From Nitrospira sp. (GTDB lineage: Bacteria > Nitrospirota > Nitrospiria > Nitrospirales > Nitrospiraceae), in contig AP038806.1 in the NCBI GenBank assembly GCA_047150005.1, positions 2,112,001 to 2,176,000 of the forward strand: a stretch of DNA of 64,000 nucleotides, written 5' to 3'. Below, piece after piece: positions 40,655 through 49,411 of this stretch (its first letter is position 1; each line of letters starts with the position of its first letter). The notes beneath the pieces are model-generated. The model was not told the DNA's origin and did no database searches. It worked only from the letters and a program-made list of their open reading frames with translations. The translations under genes were made by a program, and so were the position numbers.

Positions 40655-41731
40655 ATGACGCGTGTTCTGAGAAGTCGTCTGCTTTCACAATTCTTGGTTG
40701 TCGTGCTCGCGGCGGGTTTCATCCTGCCGTACTCGGCGGGTGCGTCCTGCGGTTCCGTGAGTTGCTTCGTCGTGATCGGTTCTCAGCAGCAGGTTTCGCC
40801 GGCCGGGGTACTGACGGTGAATTTGACCTACAACTACACACCGAACGGTCTTCCGCCCGATGGAGCCAACACGATTCCCTACGCCAATCAGCAGAAGAAA
40901 CAATTGATCTTAGGCAACACCCCTGTCAGCAATCTCGAAACGCTCGTGCAGACGGCGGCGCTGGATCTCAATTATGGCCTGACGGAGCGATTTGGGCTCC
41001 AGGTCATGCTGCCCTATAAGTCTGTGCAGTCGATCGGCCAGTTCGGACCAGGGACTGTATCCAGCTTCAATGATCAGGGTCTCGGAGATATCCTCGGTAA
41101 GGTCAAGTACAACCTGCTCCCGACCCTTCGGAGCATGGTGGTCCTGGAAATGGGCGTCTACTTTCCGACCGGAACCTACCAGCAGGCCGGTCCGAACGGT
41201 CAGTATGCGGAATCCACCCTGCAACTTGGCCGAGGCGCGTTCGGTTTTCAGCCGAGCTTCTACCAAACGTACGAAATTCTTCCCCATCGGTTGAATCAAT
41301 TTTTACAGGGAAGCTGGCGCTACACGCTGCGCAATCCAGACGGCTATCAATTCGGGCAGGAGTATGCCCTCAATCTGGGCTTCAATATCGTGACTGTGCC
41401 CTGGTTGACCCTCACGGAACAGATCAACTTCCGTTACAAGACCAAGGACAATATCGAGGCGGCGCTGTATCAGCTCGTCGGGCCTCCGGTCAATCGCGCG
41501 GTGTTGATCGACGGGACGATCACCGGTCGCCCTGTCCCGACGACGAATTTTACCTACGCGGCGTTTTCGACCGGAATCTTGCTCAACCTCTGGGATTTCG
41601 CACAGGGCTATTTCATGGCCCAGATTCCCTTTTATCGGGACTTCAACGGGAACCTCCAGTTGGAGATCAGCTACATCGGAGGTTTGACGAAATACTTCGT
41701 CACTCCGCCGCTGTTTTCTGGAGGGACATGA
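40655..41731 (+). CDS. Outer-membrane beta-barrel 'transporter', paralog 2
   Basis: AGA|SCGSVSCF. Colinear with 31618-32760 (IGSQQQV, LDLNYG.TER, KYN.LPTLRSM, YQTYE..PHRLN). Confidence 0.72.
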   Translation: MTRVLRSRLLSQFLVVVLAAGFILPYSAGASCGSVSCFVVIGSQQQVSPAGVLTVNLTYNYTPNGLPPDGANTIPYANQQKKQLILGNTPVSNLETLVQTAALDLNYGLTERFGLQVMLPYKSVQSIGQFGPGTVSSFNDQGLGDILGKVKYNLLPTLRSMVVLEMGVYFPTGTYQQAGPNGQYAESTLQLGRGAFGFQPSFYQTYEILPHRLNQFLQGSWRYTLRNPDGYQFGQEYALNLGFNIVTVPWLTLTEQINFRYKTKDNIEAALYQLVGPPVNRAVLIDGTITGRPVPTTNFTYAAFSTGILLNLWDFAQGYFMAQIPFYRDFNGNLQLEISYIGGLTKYFVTPPLFSGGT

Positions 41732-42120
41732 CGGTGGGTGGAACGGTTCGCTGGTCCGGAATCGTCGCGCGCATCGCGGGGGGCCTCTGCGCCCTGCTGT
41801 GGCTGGCCGGGTCATTCTCGGTCGTCTACGCGGGACTGGCGGAAGGAGGAGCGAAGGTCCATTGCCATCACGGACAAGCTCATCCCCAGAACGCGCCGGG
41901 CCATTGCTCCTCGCACTGTCACGCGATCGATTCGCAGGCCGTCCACGTGCAGAACCGATGTTCACCCGTGGCTCCGTTCGGGTGTCCACCGGAACGTTTT
42001 CGAGGTGCCATCAACGGCCGTCATCTCTATCACGGGGTCGTTTCACGGGGGCCGCCTGCTTCCCTGGGCCATCGCAACGCCCCAATGGTGGATACGCTTC
42101 GTCTTAAACGAGAAACTTAG
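41728..42120 (+). CDS. DUF2946-like leader protein 4 (TM, HCHHGQAH, HCSSHCH, RGPP ~20 codons before stop)
   Basis: ATGA overlap with barrel 2. His/Cys tract and VSRGPP. Lies upstream of the beta-propeller gene. Confidence 0.62.
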   Translation: MTVGGTVRWSGIVARIAGGLCALLWLAGSFSVVYAGLAEGGAKVHCHHGQAHPQNAPGHCSSHCHAIDSQAVHVQNRCSPVAPFGCPPERFRGAINGRHLYHGVVSRGPPASLGHRNAPMVDTLRLKRET

Positions 42121-42145
42121 AAAACGTGATGGAAAGGATCCGATC

Positions 42146-43732
42146 ATGAAACCGACGAGAAAACAACGACAGCTGAAAGCCGCGGCTCACGCGGCGTTAT
42201 TGGGGATCACGGTCATCAGCCTGGCCAATTGCAGTTCGAGCGATTCAGGTACCCCCGCGGCCACGACTTCAAACAGCAGCGCGGCGCTTCAGGGTCCATT
42301 AGTGTTCGTGAACAATACTGGTGATAAGACTCTGACCAGCGTGTCCTTAAAAGGTGATTCAGGAAACGGGATTGTTGGTACGATCGACGCCGCGAAGTTC
42401 GGCAACGTGGCCCTTGGCGATATGCAGTTCTCAGAAGGGGAGTGGCTGTTTGTCAACCTCGGAGCCGGCAATGCAGTGGCCCTGGTCGATCCTTTGACCG
42501 GTGCGACTCCGATCCATGAAACGAATCTCACCACAGGGACTCGTCCCGTGCATATCTACCGAGATCCGACCGATGGCGAGGTGATCTGGTCGATGAACGA
42601 TGGGGATAATGCAGGAGGCACCGCGACGCCGGGCGACGATCTCCTCAATTGTGCGGTGCAGGGTGGAGGATCAGTCACGGTCATCCATAATTCACATCTT
42701 GGCCCTGGGGCCAATGTGCCCCGCATTTTAGGAACGACCTGTTTGCTGGCCGACGGCCACAAAGTCACGGCGTTTTCGTCCGGGGCGGGGATCTCTAAGC
42801 GCGCGTTTGTGTCCAGCGCAACTGGAGGTGAGGTGGCCGTTATCGACAACGATGAGACATCGGCCACTTATCTGAAGATGATCGCTCGGATCGATCTGTG
42901 CAAATCGGCCAAGGAAGCCGTCCCTTGCAATGACGAGTCCGCTACTCCGCTCACGACGGCATTTACCACGAATAGTTCGGCGCCGCATGGGATACGCTGG
43001 TCTCAATTGACCAAGAAGGTGTATAGCATCCAGGAAGGGTACGAGGAAATCGCAGAAATTGATCCAAATTCTCTAAACATTACCAACACGTTCAATCTGA
43101 CCGGCACCCCGTACACAGGGTACGGTATTAGTCCCGATGGTCGCTTTCTTCTACTGCGGGGCGAGACCACAAGCCCCCAGGGCATGAAGCTAGGCGTCAT
43201 CGATCTCGGCACGGCGGGAGCGCCGCGCACAGACTTCACGATTCCTGAGTTGGATGGGACAACGACAGGGAGTTTTGCGACGGGATCTTCGTCGTTCAAG
43301 TTCTCGCCGGACGGGAAACGTTTTTACCTCTTGATAGGAAATTCACCTGCGGCGGCAGTGACGAAGAAGGATCGTCTCTTCGCATTCGATTCGTCGACGT
43401 TGCCGGCCACGCCGCCGGCGCTGACACTCTTGAAAGAGATTCCGCTTGTGGCGACCGGCGGGCACAGCCTGGATCTTCTCATCCAAGGCGCTGGCGCGGC
43501 GACCTATGCGGTGGTATCGAATAGCACGGACAATTCCGTCTCGATCATCAATGCCACGGACAATACGATCAAGCAGACTGTTCAGGTGGGACTGACCCCC
43601 GGAGCAGTCATGATCTATTATCCGGGTTCGGCGGCGGCGGGGAACCAGGCCACCGCCTCGGTGACATCAGGGGTGCCCGCCGCACCGACACTCTTGCCCG
43701 AGCGGCTGGATGATCACGGGATGAAACAATAG
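42146..43732 (+). CDS. YncE/YVTN-type beta-propeller lipoprotein with His-bearing blades
   Basis: Lipobox LANC, repeated VxNxxDxSVSII-like blades, His motifs RPVH, DGHK, APHG, GGHS. Confidence 0.72.
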   Translation: MKPTRKQRQLKAAAHAALLGITVISLANCSSSDSGTPAATTSNSSAALQGPLVFVNNTGDKTLTSVSLKGDSGNGIVGTIDAAKFGNVALGDMQFSEGEWLFVNLGAGNAVALVDPLTGATPIHETNLTTGTRPVHIYRDPTDGEVIWSMNDGDNAGGTATPGDDLLNCAVQGGGSVTVIHNSHLGPGANVPRILGTTCLLADGHKVTAFSSGAGISKRAFVSSATGGEVAVIDNDETSATYLKMIARIDLCKSAKEAVPCNDESATPLTTAFTTNSSAPHGIRWSQLTKKVYSIQEGYEEIAEIDPNSLNITNTFNLTGTPYTGYGISPDGRFLLLRGETTSPQGMKLGVIDLGTAGAPRTDFTIPELDGTTTGSFATGSSSFKFSPDGKRFYLLIGNSPAAAVTKKDRLFAFDSSTLPATPPALTLLKEIPLVATGGHSLDLLIQGAGAATYAVVSNSTDNSVSIINATDNTIKQTVQVGLTPGAVMIYYPGSAAAGNQATASVTSGVPAAPTLLPERLDDHGMKQ

Positions 43733-43761
43733 GGAATCCTCTGCGAGACAGCGGAATCCGA

Positions 43762-43786
43762 GAGGGGCGGGGCATCCCGCCCCCTC
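43762..43786 (+). terminator. GC-rich hairpin after the propeller gene (possible terminator, weak U-tract)
   Basis: GAGGGGCGGG-GCAT-CCCGCCCCCTC. Confidence 0.5.
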
Positions 43787-43817
43787 AATTCATGGATATG
43801 TTGCCGTGGGGGGCGCC

Positions 43818-43919
43818 ATGGGAACGATGCTGTTGCGCGTAGGAGAGGCGGCGGAGTGCTTATCGGTCAGCCAGTGGACGATCTATCGGTCTACCTATTG
43901 CCAGCCGAGGACCTTGTAG
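43818..43919 (+). pseudogene. Truncated HTH_17 paralog 2
   Basis: Translates MGTMLLRVGEAAECLSVSQWTIYR, then loses similarity and stops inside the convergent gene end. Not in the ORF track because it is only 33 aa. Confidence 0.75.
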
Positions 43920-44245
43920 CCACGATCGGTCAGACAATGCTCGATCGCTTCGCGATAGGCCTCGCGGGAGGGCCAGACGGCATGGGGGACATCGGCGGTT
44001 CCCAGGACCACGCCGTTCGCCGATGGGCCGAGAGGAGGAAGCCATCGGGGCTGCATGCTTACAGGAGCAGCCCTCTGTACGTCGATGTGACAGGTCTGAA
44101 GATCTTGGGAGACAGTGGAACTCTCCGCAGGCACCGTCCCGTCGCCGGGTTCGATGATAGGCTGCGGAAGGTGGCGGGTAGAGGAGCAGGCAACCGACGT
44201 GGAAAGCCATGTCATGCCGATGAGGCAAACAGTCAAATGGTTCAC
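43895..44245 (-). CDS. Hypothetical lipoprotein
   Basis: GTG start after an AAGGAAG RBS, lipobox SVAC, and two further Cys (DLQTC...EHCLTDRGY). Confidence 0.6.
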   Translation of the reverse strand: MNHLTVCLIGMTWLSTSVACSSTRHLPQPIIEPGDGTVPAESSTVSQDLQTCHIDVQRAAPVSMQPRWLPPLGPSANGVVLGTADVPHAVWPSREAYREAIEHCLTDRGYKVLGWQ

Positions 44246-44451
44246 GACCGCTTCCTTGGTCGGAGTTGCTCGAGGGAATTCTATGCCTTCGAACGTACGG
44301 CGGGCAACAACAAGCGTCATGGCGAACCGCACTCAGGGCGAGGCCGAGGTGAATTGCCCGCCGGCCGCAGTAAGAATCTGTTGCAATAGTCGGCAGCTGT
44401 CGGTAGACAAGCCGTCATGAATATCGTAGAGGTGACGCGGGAGGGTTCGTC

Positions 44452-44784
44452 ATGATGACCTCACGGGGAAGGCTGATCGTCGCGTCCGCTGCGGGCATCA
44501 TGGCGCTCGTGTACGTGGCCCTCATGGGCCTGTCGGCCGGCTGCCTGTTCATACATGCCGCTTCGAGCGCGGAACATGGTCATCACGAGCAGAACTCCTC
44601 CCATGCACCGCTGTGCACCTGGTCCTGTCAGGCGACGTCGCACTCGGCGCTGATCTCCCAGCCGCCGTCTGAGACTACAGGGACCTCTAGAATTGACGCA
44701 CTGGGGGCAGTGGTTGCGTCCACTCCACTGCATCGCGCCAAAAGGCTTCACGCCCGCGCTCCGCCTCTCCATCTCTTCTCGTAA
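44452..44784 (+). CDS. DUF2946/CruR-like leader protein 5 (TM, EHGHHEQNSSH, CTWSC, C-terminal RAPP)
   Basis: Paralog of 36325-36633 (SH.PLC.W.CQA). Ends HARAPPLHLFS*. GGAGG RBS. Confidence 0.75.
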   Translation: MMTSRGRLIVASAAGIMALVYVALMGLSAGCLFIHAASSAEHGHHEQNSSHAPLCTWSCQATSHSALISQPPSETTGTSRIDALGAVVASTPLHRAKRLHARAPPLHLFS

Positions 44785-44943
44785 CCGGCTCTTTCGACAG
44801 AACCAGCGATCTACACCTCTTTCCCATGGGCTAAGGGTGGCCTGGGGAAAGCGGGTTTGACTCGTCGTTGATGATATCCGAGGGCAAGACACAGCAAGGT
44901 CCGAGTCTGGCGGCCTCCTCGCTCGGACCGTCCGGGGCGCAGG

Positions 44944-45028
44944 CGTTTCCTCCTTGTGGCCTCCGCCCCGGCCTTGCTCATCATGGCCTTGATGGCTCGA
45001 TGAGGACGTGAGGCAACAAGGAGAAACG
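44944..45028 (+). promoter_or_regulatory. Long stem sequestering the Shine-Dalgarno of the HMA gene at 45029
   Basis: CGTTTCCTCCTTGTGGCCTC (44944-44963) is complementary to GAGGCAACAAGGAGAAACG (45010-45028) with one bulge and one mismatch. Confidence 0.7.
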
Positions 45029-45394
45029 ATGCAAATACATCCATGGGTGGTCATTTTCTGGTTCGCCTTGAGCCTCTCGGCGCCGGTCATGGCCTCAGAT
45101 GACGCACAGTCGTTAAATCATCCGGAACCAGCTGTGGGAGGAGTGACCCAAGCGATCGTTCAAATCGGTGGACGGTTCTGTGAATACCATCGGAAAGATA
45201 TCGAACTGGCATTGCGCCGGCACGAAGCGGTCCAGAGCATCGAGTTTCTTAACAACCATGGCACGGTGCTGATCCGCTTCGAAGCGGGCGGAGTTCCGCC
45301 CGATCAGTTGGCGGAAACGGCCGCCGAGGCGGCTTTCGGCACTGGCTGCAGGGCCTGGGTTGATCAGGGTGGTCGGGTTTCGCCGCGATCATAA
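45029..45394 (+). CDS. Periplasmic HMA-fold protein 1, non-canonical loop GGRFCEYH
   Basis: Signal peptide and a ferredoxin-like HMA pattern. Similar to the downstream paralog (GG.FC..., PDQLA, late Cys). Confidence 0.62.
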   Translation: MQIHPWVVIFWFALSLSAPVMASDDAQSLNHPEPAVGGVTQAIVQIGGRFCEYHRKDIELALRRHEAVQSIEFLNNHGTVLIRFEAGGVPPDQLAETAAEAAFGTGCRAWVDQGGRVSPRS

Positions 45395-45407
45395 TCAGGA
45401 GGGAACC

Positions 45408-45716
45408 ATGAAAGTGAAGCAAGTGATGATGTGTCTCAGCGTGCCGGCACTGATCGTCGCGTGGGCCCCATCGGCCTTCGCGGCGGAGCAAAAGGTCACC
45501 CTCATGCTTGGCGGGAAATTCTGCGATGCGTACCTCGGCGATGTTCGCGATGCCTTGACCAAGGTTCCGGGCGTCAAGGACGTGGACTTCAAGAACATGA
45601 AGGGGCATGCCGTCGTCACGGTTGAAGGAGAACAAACAAAGCCGGATCAGCTCGCGCAAGCCGTAAATGGAGTCAAAGGTGAGGGATGGCACTGCACGGC
45701 GAAGGCGATGAAATGA
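45408..45716 (+). CDS. Periplasmic HMA-fold (MerP/CopZ-like) protein 2, loop GGKFCDAY
   Basis: Signal AFA|AEQKVTL, ALTKVPGVKDVD and AVVT (MerP-like). Only one Cys in the metal loop. Confidence 0.72.
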   Translation: MKVKQVMMCLSVPALIVAWAPSAFAAEQKVTLMLGGKFCDAYLGDVRDALTKVPGVKDVDFKNMKGHAVVTVEGEQTKPDQLAQAVNGVKGEGWHCTAKAMK

Positions 45717-45829
45717 CGTCGTGCGGAGTAGACACGGCTTCAATGGGTGCTGCCAGGAAGTACCGGACAATGAGCACAATACCAATTGCAATTGGGTGTT
45801 CGCCGCGTAGCTGACTGGACGTCCGAGCC

Positions 45830-46078
45830 ATGGAAAGCCCGTTATTGCGAGTTCACGAGGCGGCCAAATTGCTGAAAGTCAGCAAATGGACCGTCTATCG
45901 ATGGATCGAAGAGGGTCGCCTGCGAGCCACCAAGATCGGTCGCGGGAGCCTGCGGATATTCCGCGTATCGTTGAGCGCTCTGATCGATGAGAACCGAACC
46001 GATTCGCCGAACGCTCCAATCAAGCCTAGTGGGAGCCTCGTCCGGCTGAGACAGGCTTCCCCAAGGAGAAAGAAGTGA
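45830..46078 (+). CDS. Small HTH_17 DNA-binding protein 3
   Basis: LLRVHEAAKLLKVSKWTVYRWIEEGRLRATKIG, paralog of 39164-39460. Confidence 0.82.
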   Translation: MESPLLRVHEAAKLLKVSKWTVYRWIEEGRLRATKIGRGSLRIFRVSLSALIDENRTDSPNAPIKPSGSLVRLRQASPRRKK

Positions 46079-46379
46079 AACGGCTCGCTTCACCATCAGG
46101 TCCGGGAGTTGCGCACTCACCTTCCGGATCTGTCCGGGGTGCCGGAGGTGGCCTCCCTCCGGGCCCCCGGCCCTTCGGGGACCACAGCCGGAAAATCGGT
46201 GATGATCACGTCAGCTGCGCCGGGTTGTCGCGAGCCGTTCACGACCATCTTGCCGGGTTCCACATGCGGCAAGCCGACGTGATGGTGCGATCCTCCCCGT
46301 GTTGATTTCACGCCGCCCTCACCGTATAGTCCAATCTGTTGGCTCTTGACGCCCGTCCAGCATCTTGAGATCAGCACGT

Positions 46380-47426
46380 ATGGTCGCATTCCTATTCAAT
46401 CTGCTCCTGGCGTGCACGCTACTCCTCTCATTTCCCGGTATTGACCTGGCCGCCCCGGCCGATTCCGGCAAGCGCGCGCTCGAACGGGCGGCCGATCTCC
46501 TGAAGGCAGGCGATGCCGACGGCGCGATGGCCGCGGTCAACAAGACGCTGGAGACCAACCCATCCCCCGAGGCCTATCATCTGCTCGGGCAGATCTATTT
46601 CAAAGGTAAGAAGAAGCCGGCTGAGGCGATCGAGGCCTTGACGCATGCCATCAAGCTCAAGCCGGCTTATCCGGAAGCGCTGAACGATTTGGCGGAAGTC
46701 TATCTGGCGCAGGGAAAGGGCGCGGAAGCGGAACACACGTTGAAGCGGGCGATCGAGATCGACCCGAAGCACGAGGATTCATACCTCGACCTGGCCAAGC
46801 TCTATGAGGGCCGGCGTGACATCCCGGCGGCGATGACCGCCTATAAGCAGCTGCTCGCGATTGATCCCACCCAGTCGGACGCGCTGTTCGGACTGGCGAT
46901 GCTCTACGAGCGACAGGGGGAAAACAAGGCCGCCCTCGATACCCTCGCCCGTCTGACGAAGGCGAATCCGAAGCATGCGGACGCCTGGTACCAAGCGGGC
47001 CGGCTGGCGGAACGACACAACGATCTGCTGGAGGCGGCCTATGCGTACCGGAAGGCCATCGCCGCCAAGCCGGACCTGGTCGATGCCCACTACAATCTAG
47101 GGTTTATTCTACGGAGCCAGGGCAAACCCGCCGAGGCCGAGCGCGAGTTCCTCGAAGTCGTCCGATATCGTCCGGAATATGCCGAGGCCCACATGAATCT
47201 GGGAGTCATCTATACGAGCATGAACCGGTTGGAAGAAGCGGAACACGAATACCAACGGGCGGTGGAGTTGAAGCCCGAATATGCGGAGGCCCACTACAAC
47301 CTCGGCGTGTTTTACGAACTTCATCGCAAGGATCTGCCCAAGGCGCTGGCCCAATATCATAAGTATCGCAATCTCGGCGGACGGGACGATCGTGTCGAAC
47401 GAATCGTCGGCATGAGCGGACGGTAA
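46380..47426 (+). CDS. Exported tetratricopeptide-repeat protein
   Basis: Signal peptide and multiple TPRs (AHYNLG, P.YAEAH). Confidence 0.88.
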   Translation: MVAFLFNLLLACTLLLSFPGIDLAAPADSGKRALERAADLLKAGDADGAMAAVNKTLETNPSPEAYHLLGQIYFKGKKKPAEAIEALTHAIKLKPAYPEALNDLAEVYLAQGKGAEAEHTLKRAIEIDPKHEDSYLDLAKLYEGRRDIPAAMTAYKQLLAIDPTQSDALFGLAMLYERQGENKAALDTLARLTKANPKHADAWYQAGRLAERHNDLLEAAYAYRKAIAAKPDLVDAHYNLGFILRSQGKPAEAEREFLEVVRYRPEYAEAHMNLGVIYTSMNRLEEAEHEYQRAVELKPEYAEAHYNLGVFYELHRKDLPKALAQYHKYRNLGGRDDRVERIVGMSGR

Positions 47427-47446
47427 GCGGAAAGGACCTCAGCCTC

Positions 47447-47953
47447 TCACCAGTACGGGTTCCAATAGGGCGACGAGTAGGGGCCGGGACCGTAGTACGG
47501 TCGGAATCGCGGGACCGGCCGGGCCGCATCGGACCAGACCTGCAGTCGTTTCGCTTCGACGAGCGGATAGTTATATTCGGTTTCGTCGAGCGGGAGCGTG
47601 ATTGATCCCGTCATTTCTCCGGTTACCGTGACTCTGGTGCCATAGGGCAGGGTGGCCGGATCAAGGAATTCCTTCTGGATTGCCACGAAGCGGCCTTGTG
47701 ACTGTGTCAGGTCATGCACGGGAGAACCGGAACTGCCGAGGGGCAGCTGAAGTATTTCGACTCTCGTGCCGTCTTTCATCCGTCTGGCTGTGAGCACCTC
47801 GCCGCCGAAGACGACCGATTGCCCCTTGAAAGCATCGGGGGAAGCCTTAACTTGCTGAAAAGTGACCTGAGGGGTGTCGCCGGCCTGTTCGGTCGAGGCG
47901 CAGCCCAGTATGACGAGAACGAGAATGGCCGCGGGTGCAGCACGTAGGAACAT
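47447..47953 (-). CDS. Slp-family outer-membrane lipoprotein
   Basis: Lipobox ILGC, V.FGGEV, EILQLPL, QGRFVA, FLDPA, Y.YP. Confidence 0.85.
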   Translation of the reverse strand: MFLRAAPAAILVLVILGCASTEQAGDTPQVTFQQVKASPDAFKGQSVVFGGEVLTARRMKDGTRVEILQLPLGSSGSPVHDLTQSQGRFVAIQKEFLDPATLPYGTRVTVTGEMTGSITLPLDETEYNYPLVEAKRLQVWSDAARPVPRFRPYYGPGPYSSPYWNPYW

Positions 47954-48037
47954 GACGGCAGTATATCAGAGGGTCTGTCCTCGACACGTTCGATATTATA
48001 ATGGGGCTCTATGGTCGTGAGACACGAAAAGGAGTGG

Positions 48038-48700
48038 ATGGATATGGTGAAGACACGTCGGTGGCATTGGGCGGTCGGAATGTTGGCGATCTGGTTGGGG
48101 GTCGGCGTCCTCGCAAGCGACGCCGCCACGGCTGCGGCGCCTGAATTGAAAGGCAAGTTCGAACTCGTAAGCGGCGAAACCTCCACCCACAAGCCGGGGA
48201 AGGTCAAGCTCATCGAATTCGCCGACTTTTACTGTCCCCACTGCCATCACTTCGATGAAGCCGGTCTTCCGATCCTTCAGAAGGAATTCGGCAATAAGCT
48301 GGAGGCGACCATGGTCGGCTTTCCGGTGTTTCGCAACAAGCTTCCGACTCCGTTCGATATGTACGAGCAGGCGAAGATTATGGGCAAAGGCGACGAAATG
48401 AAACGGGTGTTGTTTCGCACCATTCATACGGACAAGATCACAGGGGTGTTGGATCGGAGCTTACGGGAAGGGCTGATCAAGGAGGTCGGCCTCGATCCCA
48501 AAGCGTTCGAAGAGGGGTTGGCGAGCGGGAAGCCGGCGAAAGCCTTCGAGGACGGGAAGCAGTGGGGAGAACGCATCAAGGTCCAGTCCACGCCCACATT
48601 GCTGCTCGACGGCAATATCAAGATCGAAGGCGAGAACATGAAGACGGACAATATCATTACGGTTATCCGGAGCATTTTGGACGCAGACGCGAAGAAGTGA
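48038..48700 (+). CDS. DsbA-family thiol-disulfide oxidoreductase
   Basis: EFADFYCPHCHHF, VQSTPT cis-Pro loop and signal peptide. Confidence 0.88.
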   Translation: MDMVKTRRWHWAVGMLAIWLGVGVLASDAATAAAPELKGKFELVSGETSTHKPGKVKLIEFADFYCPHCHHFDEAGLPILQKEFGNKLEATMVGFPVFRNKLPTPFDMYEQAKIMGKGDEMKRVLFRTIHTDKITGVLDRSLREGLIKEVGLDPKAFEEGLASGKPAKAFEDGKQWGERIKVQSTPTLLLDGNIKIEGENMKTDNIITVIRSILDADAKK

Positions 48701-48703
48701 GGG

Positions 48704-49273
48704 ATGGCTGTGACGACCGGTGAGAAAAGAGCGGACGGCATCGTTCAACGACTCATGGATAACGAGTCCGCTTTCCGCATGTTCCTGCGCCGCCGGCTCG
48801 GCGACGAGGCGATCGCGGACGATATCCTCCAGCAAAGCTTCATCCGAGCCGTGGAACGCCACCATTCGTTGCGCAACGACGAGAGTGCCGTGGCTTGGTT
48901 CTATCGCATCCTTCGCCATACGCTGGCCGACTACTATCGATCCCGAGGAGCTGAAGCTCGTCGCGATGAAGCCTTTCTCCAAGAGCTCACGGTTTCCGGC
49001 CATCATCAGGAGCCGCCTTTCGACGAGGTGAACGCCACCGTTTGTTCCTGCCTTCACCGGCTTCTCCCGCACCTTCGTGGGAACTATGCGGAACTCGTCA
49101 GACGCATCGATCTCGAGGGCGAATCGCCGGCGCACCTCGCGAAAGAGTTGAAGATTTCCCGGAACAACCTGACTGTTCGTTTGCATCGAGCCCGTCAAGC
49201 CTTACGCGTCTCCCTCGAAGCATCGTGCGGTCTCTGCAGCAAGCATGGGTGCCTGAACTGCGTCTGCGGCTAG
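48704..49273 (+). CDS. ECF sigma factor with linker CxC and Cys-rich C-terminus (CorE-like)
   Basis: Sigma2 (ADDILQQSF, AWFYRILR), CSC linker, sigma4 (VRLHRARQAL), tail CGLCSKHGCLNCVCG. Confidence 0.85.
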   Translation: MAVTTGEKRADGIVQRLMDNESAFRMFLRRRLGDEAIADDILQQSFIRAVERHHSLRNDESAVAWFYRILRHTLADYYRSRGAEARRDEAFLQELTVSGHHQEPPFDEVNATVCSCLHRLLPHLRGNYAELVRRIDLEGESPAHLAKELKISRNNLTVRLHRARQALRVSLEASCGLCSKHGCLNCVCG

Positions 49274-49411
49274 CCCGGTTGTTGCCTCCGCCGCCACTGT
49301 GACATTCCGGCCGTTTCACGAGCGTCCGCTCCGGAGTGGACTCCTTCTGTAATATCCGATCCCCTCGTCCGTCTACCGGATGAACGGGGACATTGAACGA
49401 CCAAACCGGAT

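Noticed and set aside
31165..44784. His/Cys-rich small ORFs as RiPP or chalkophore precursors
   Set aside because: No modifying enzymes (radical SAM, MNIO/DUF692, YcaO) are nearby. TM segments and RxPP tails fit leader peptides better.
39164..46078. Prophage or integrative element implied by excisionase-like HTH genes
   Set aside because: No integrase, att-like repeats, tRNA or phage genes were seen.
46075..46389. Short ORFs on both strands between HTH3 and the TPR gene
   Set aside because: No motifs and conflicting frames. A small minus-strand gene (46117-46311) cannot be excluded but is unsupported.
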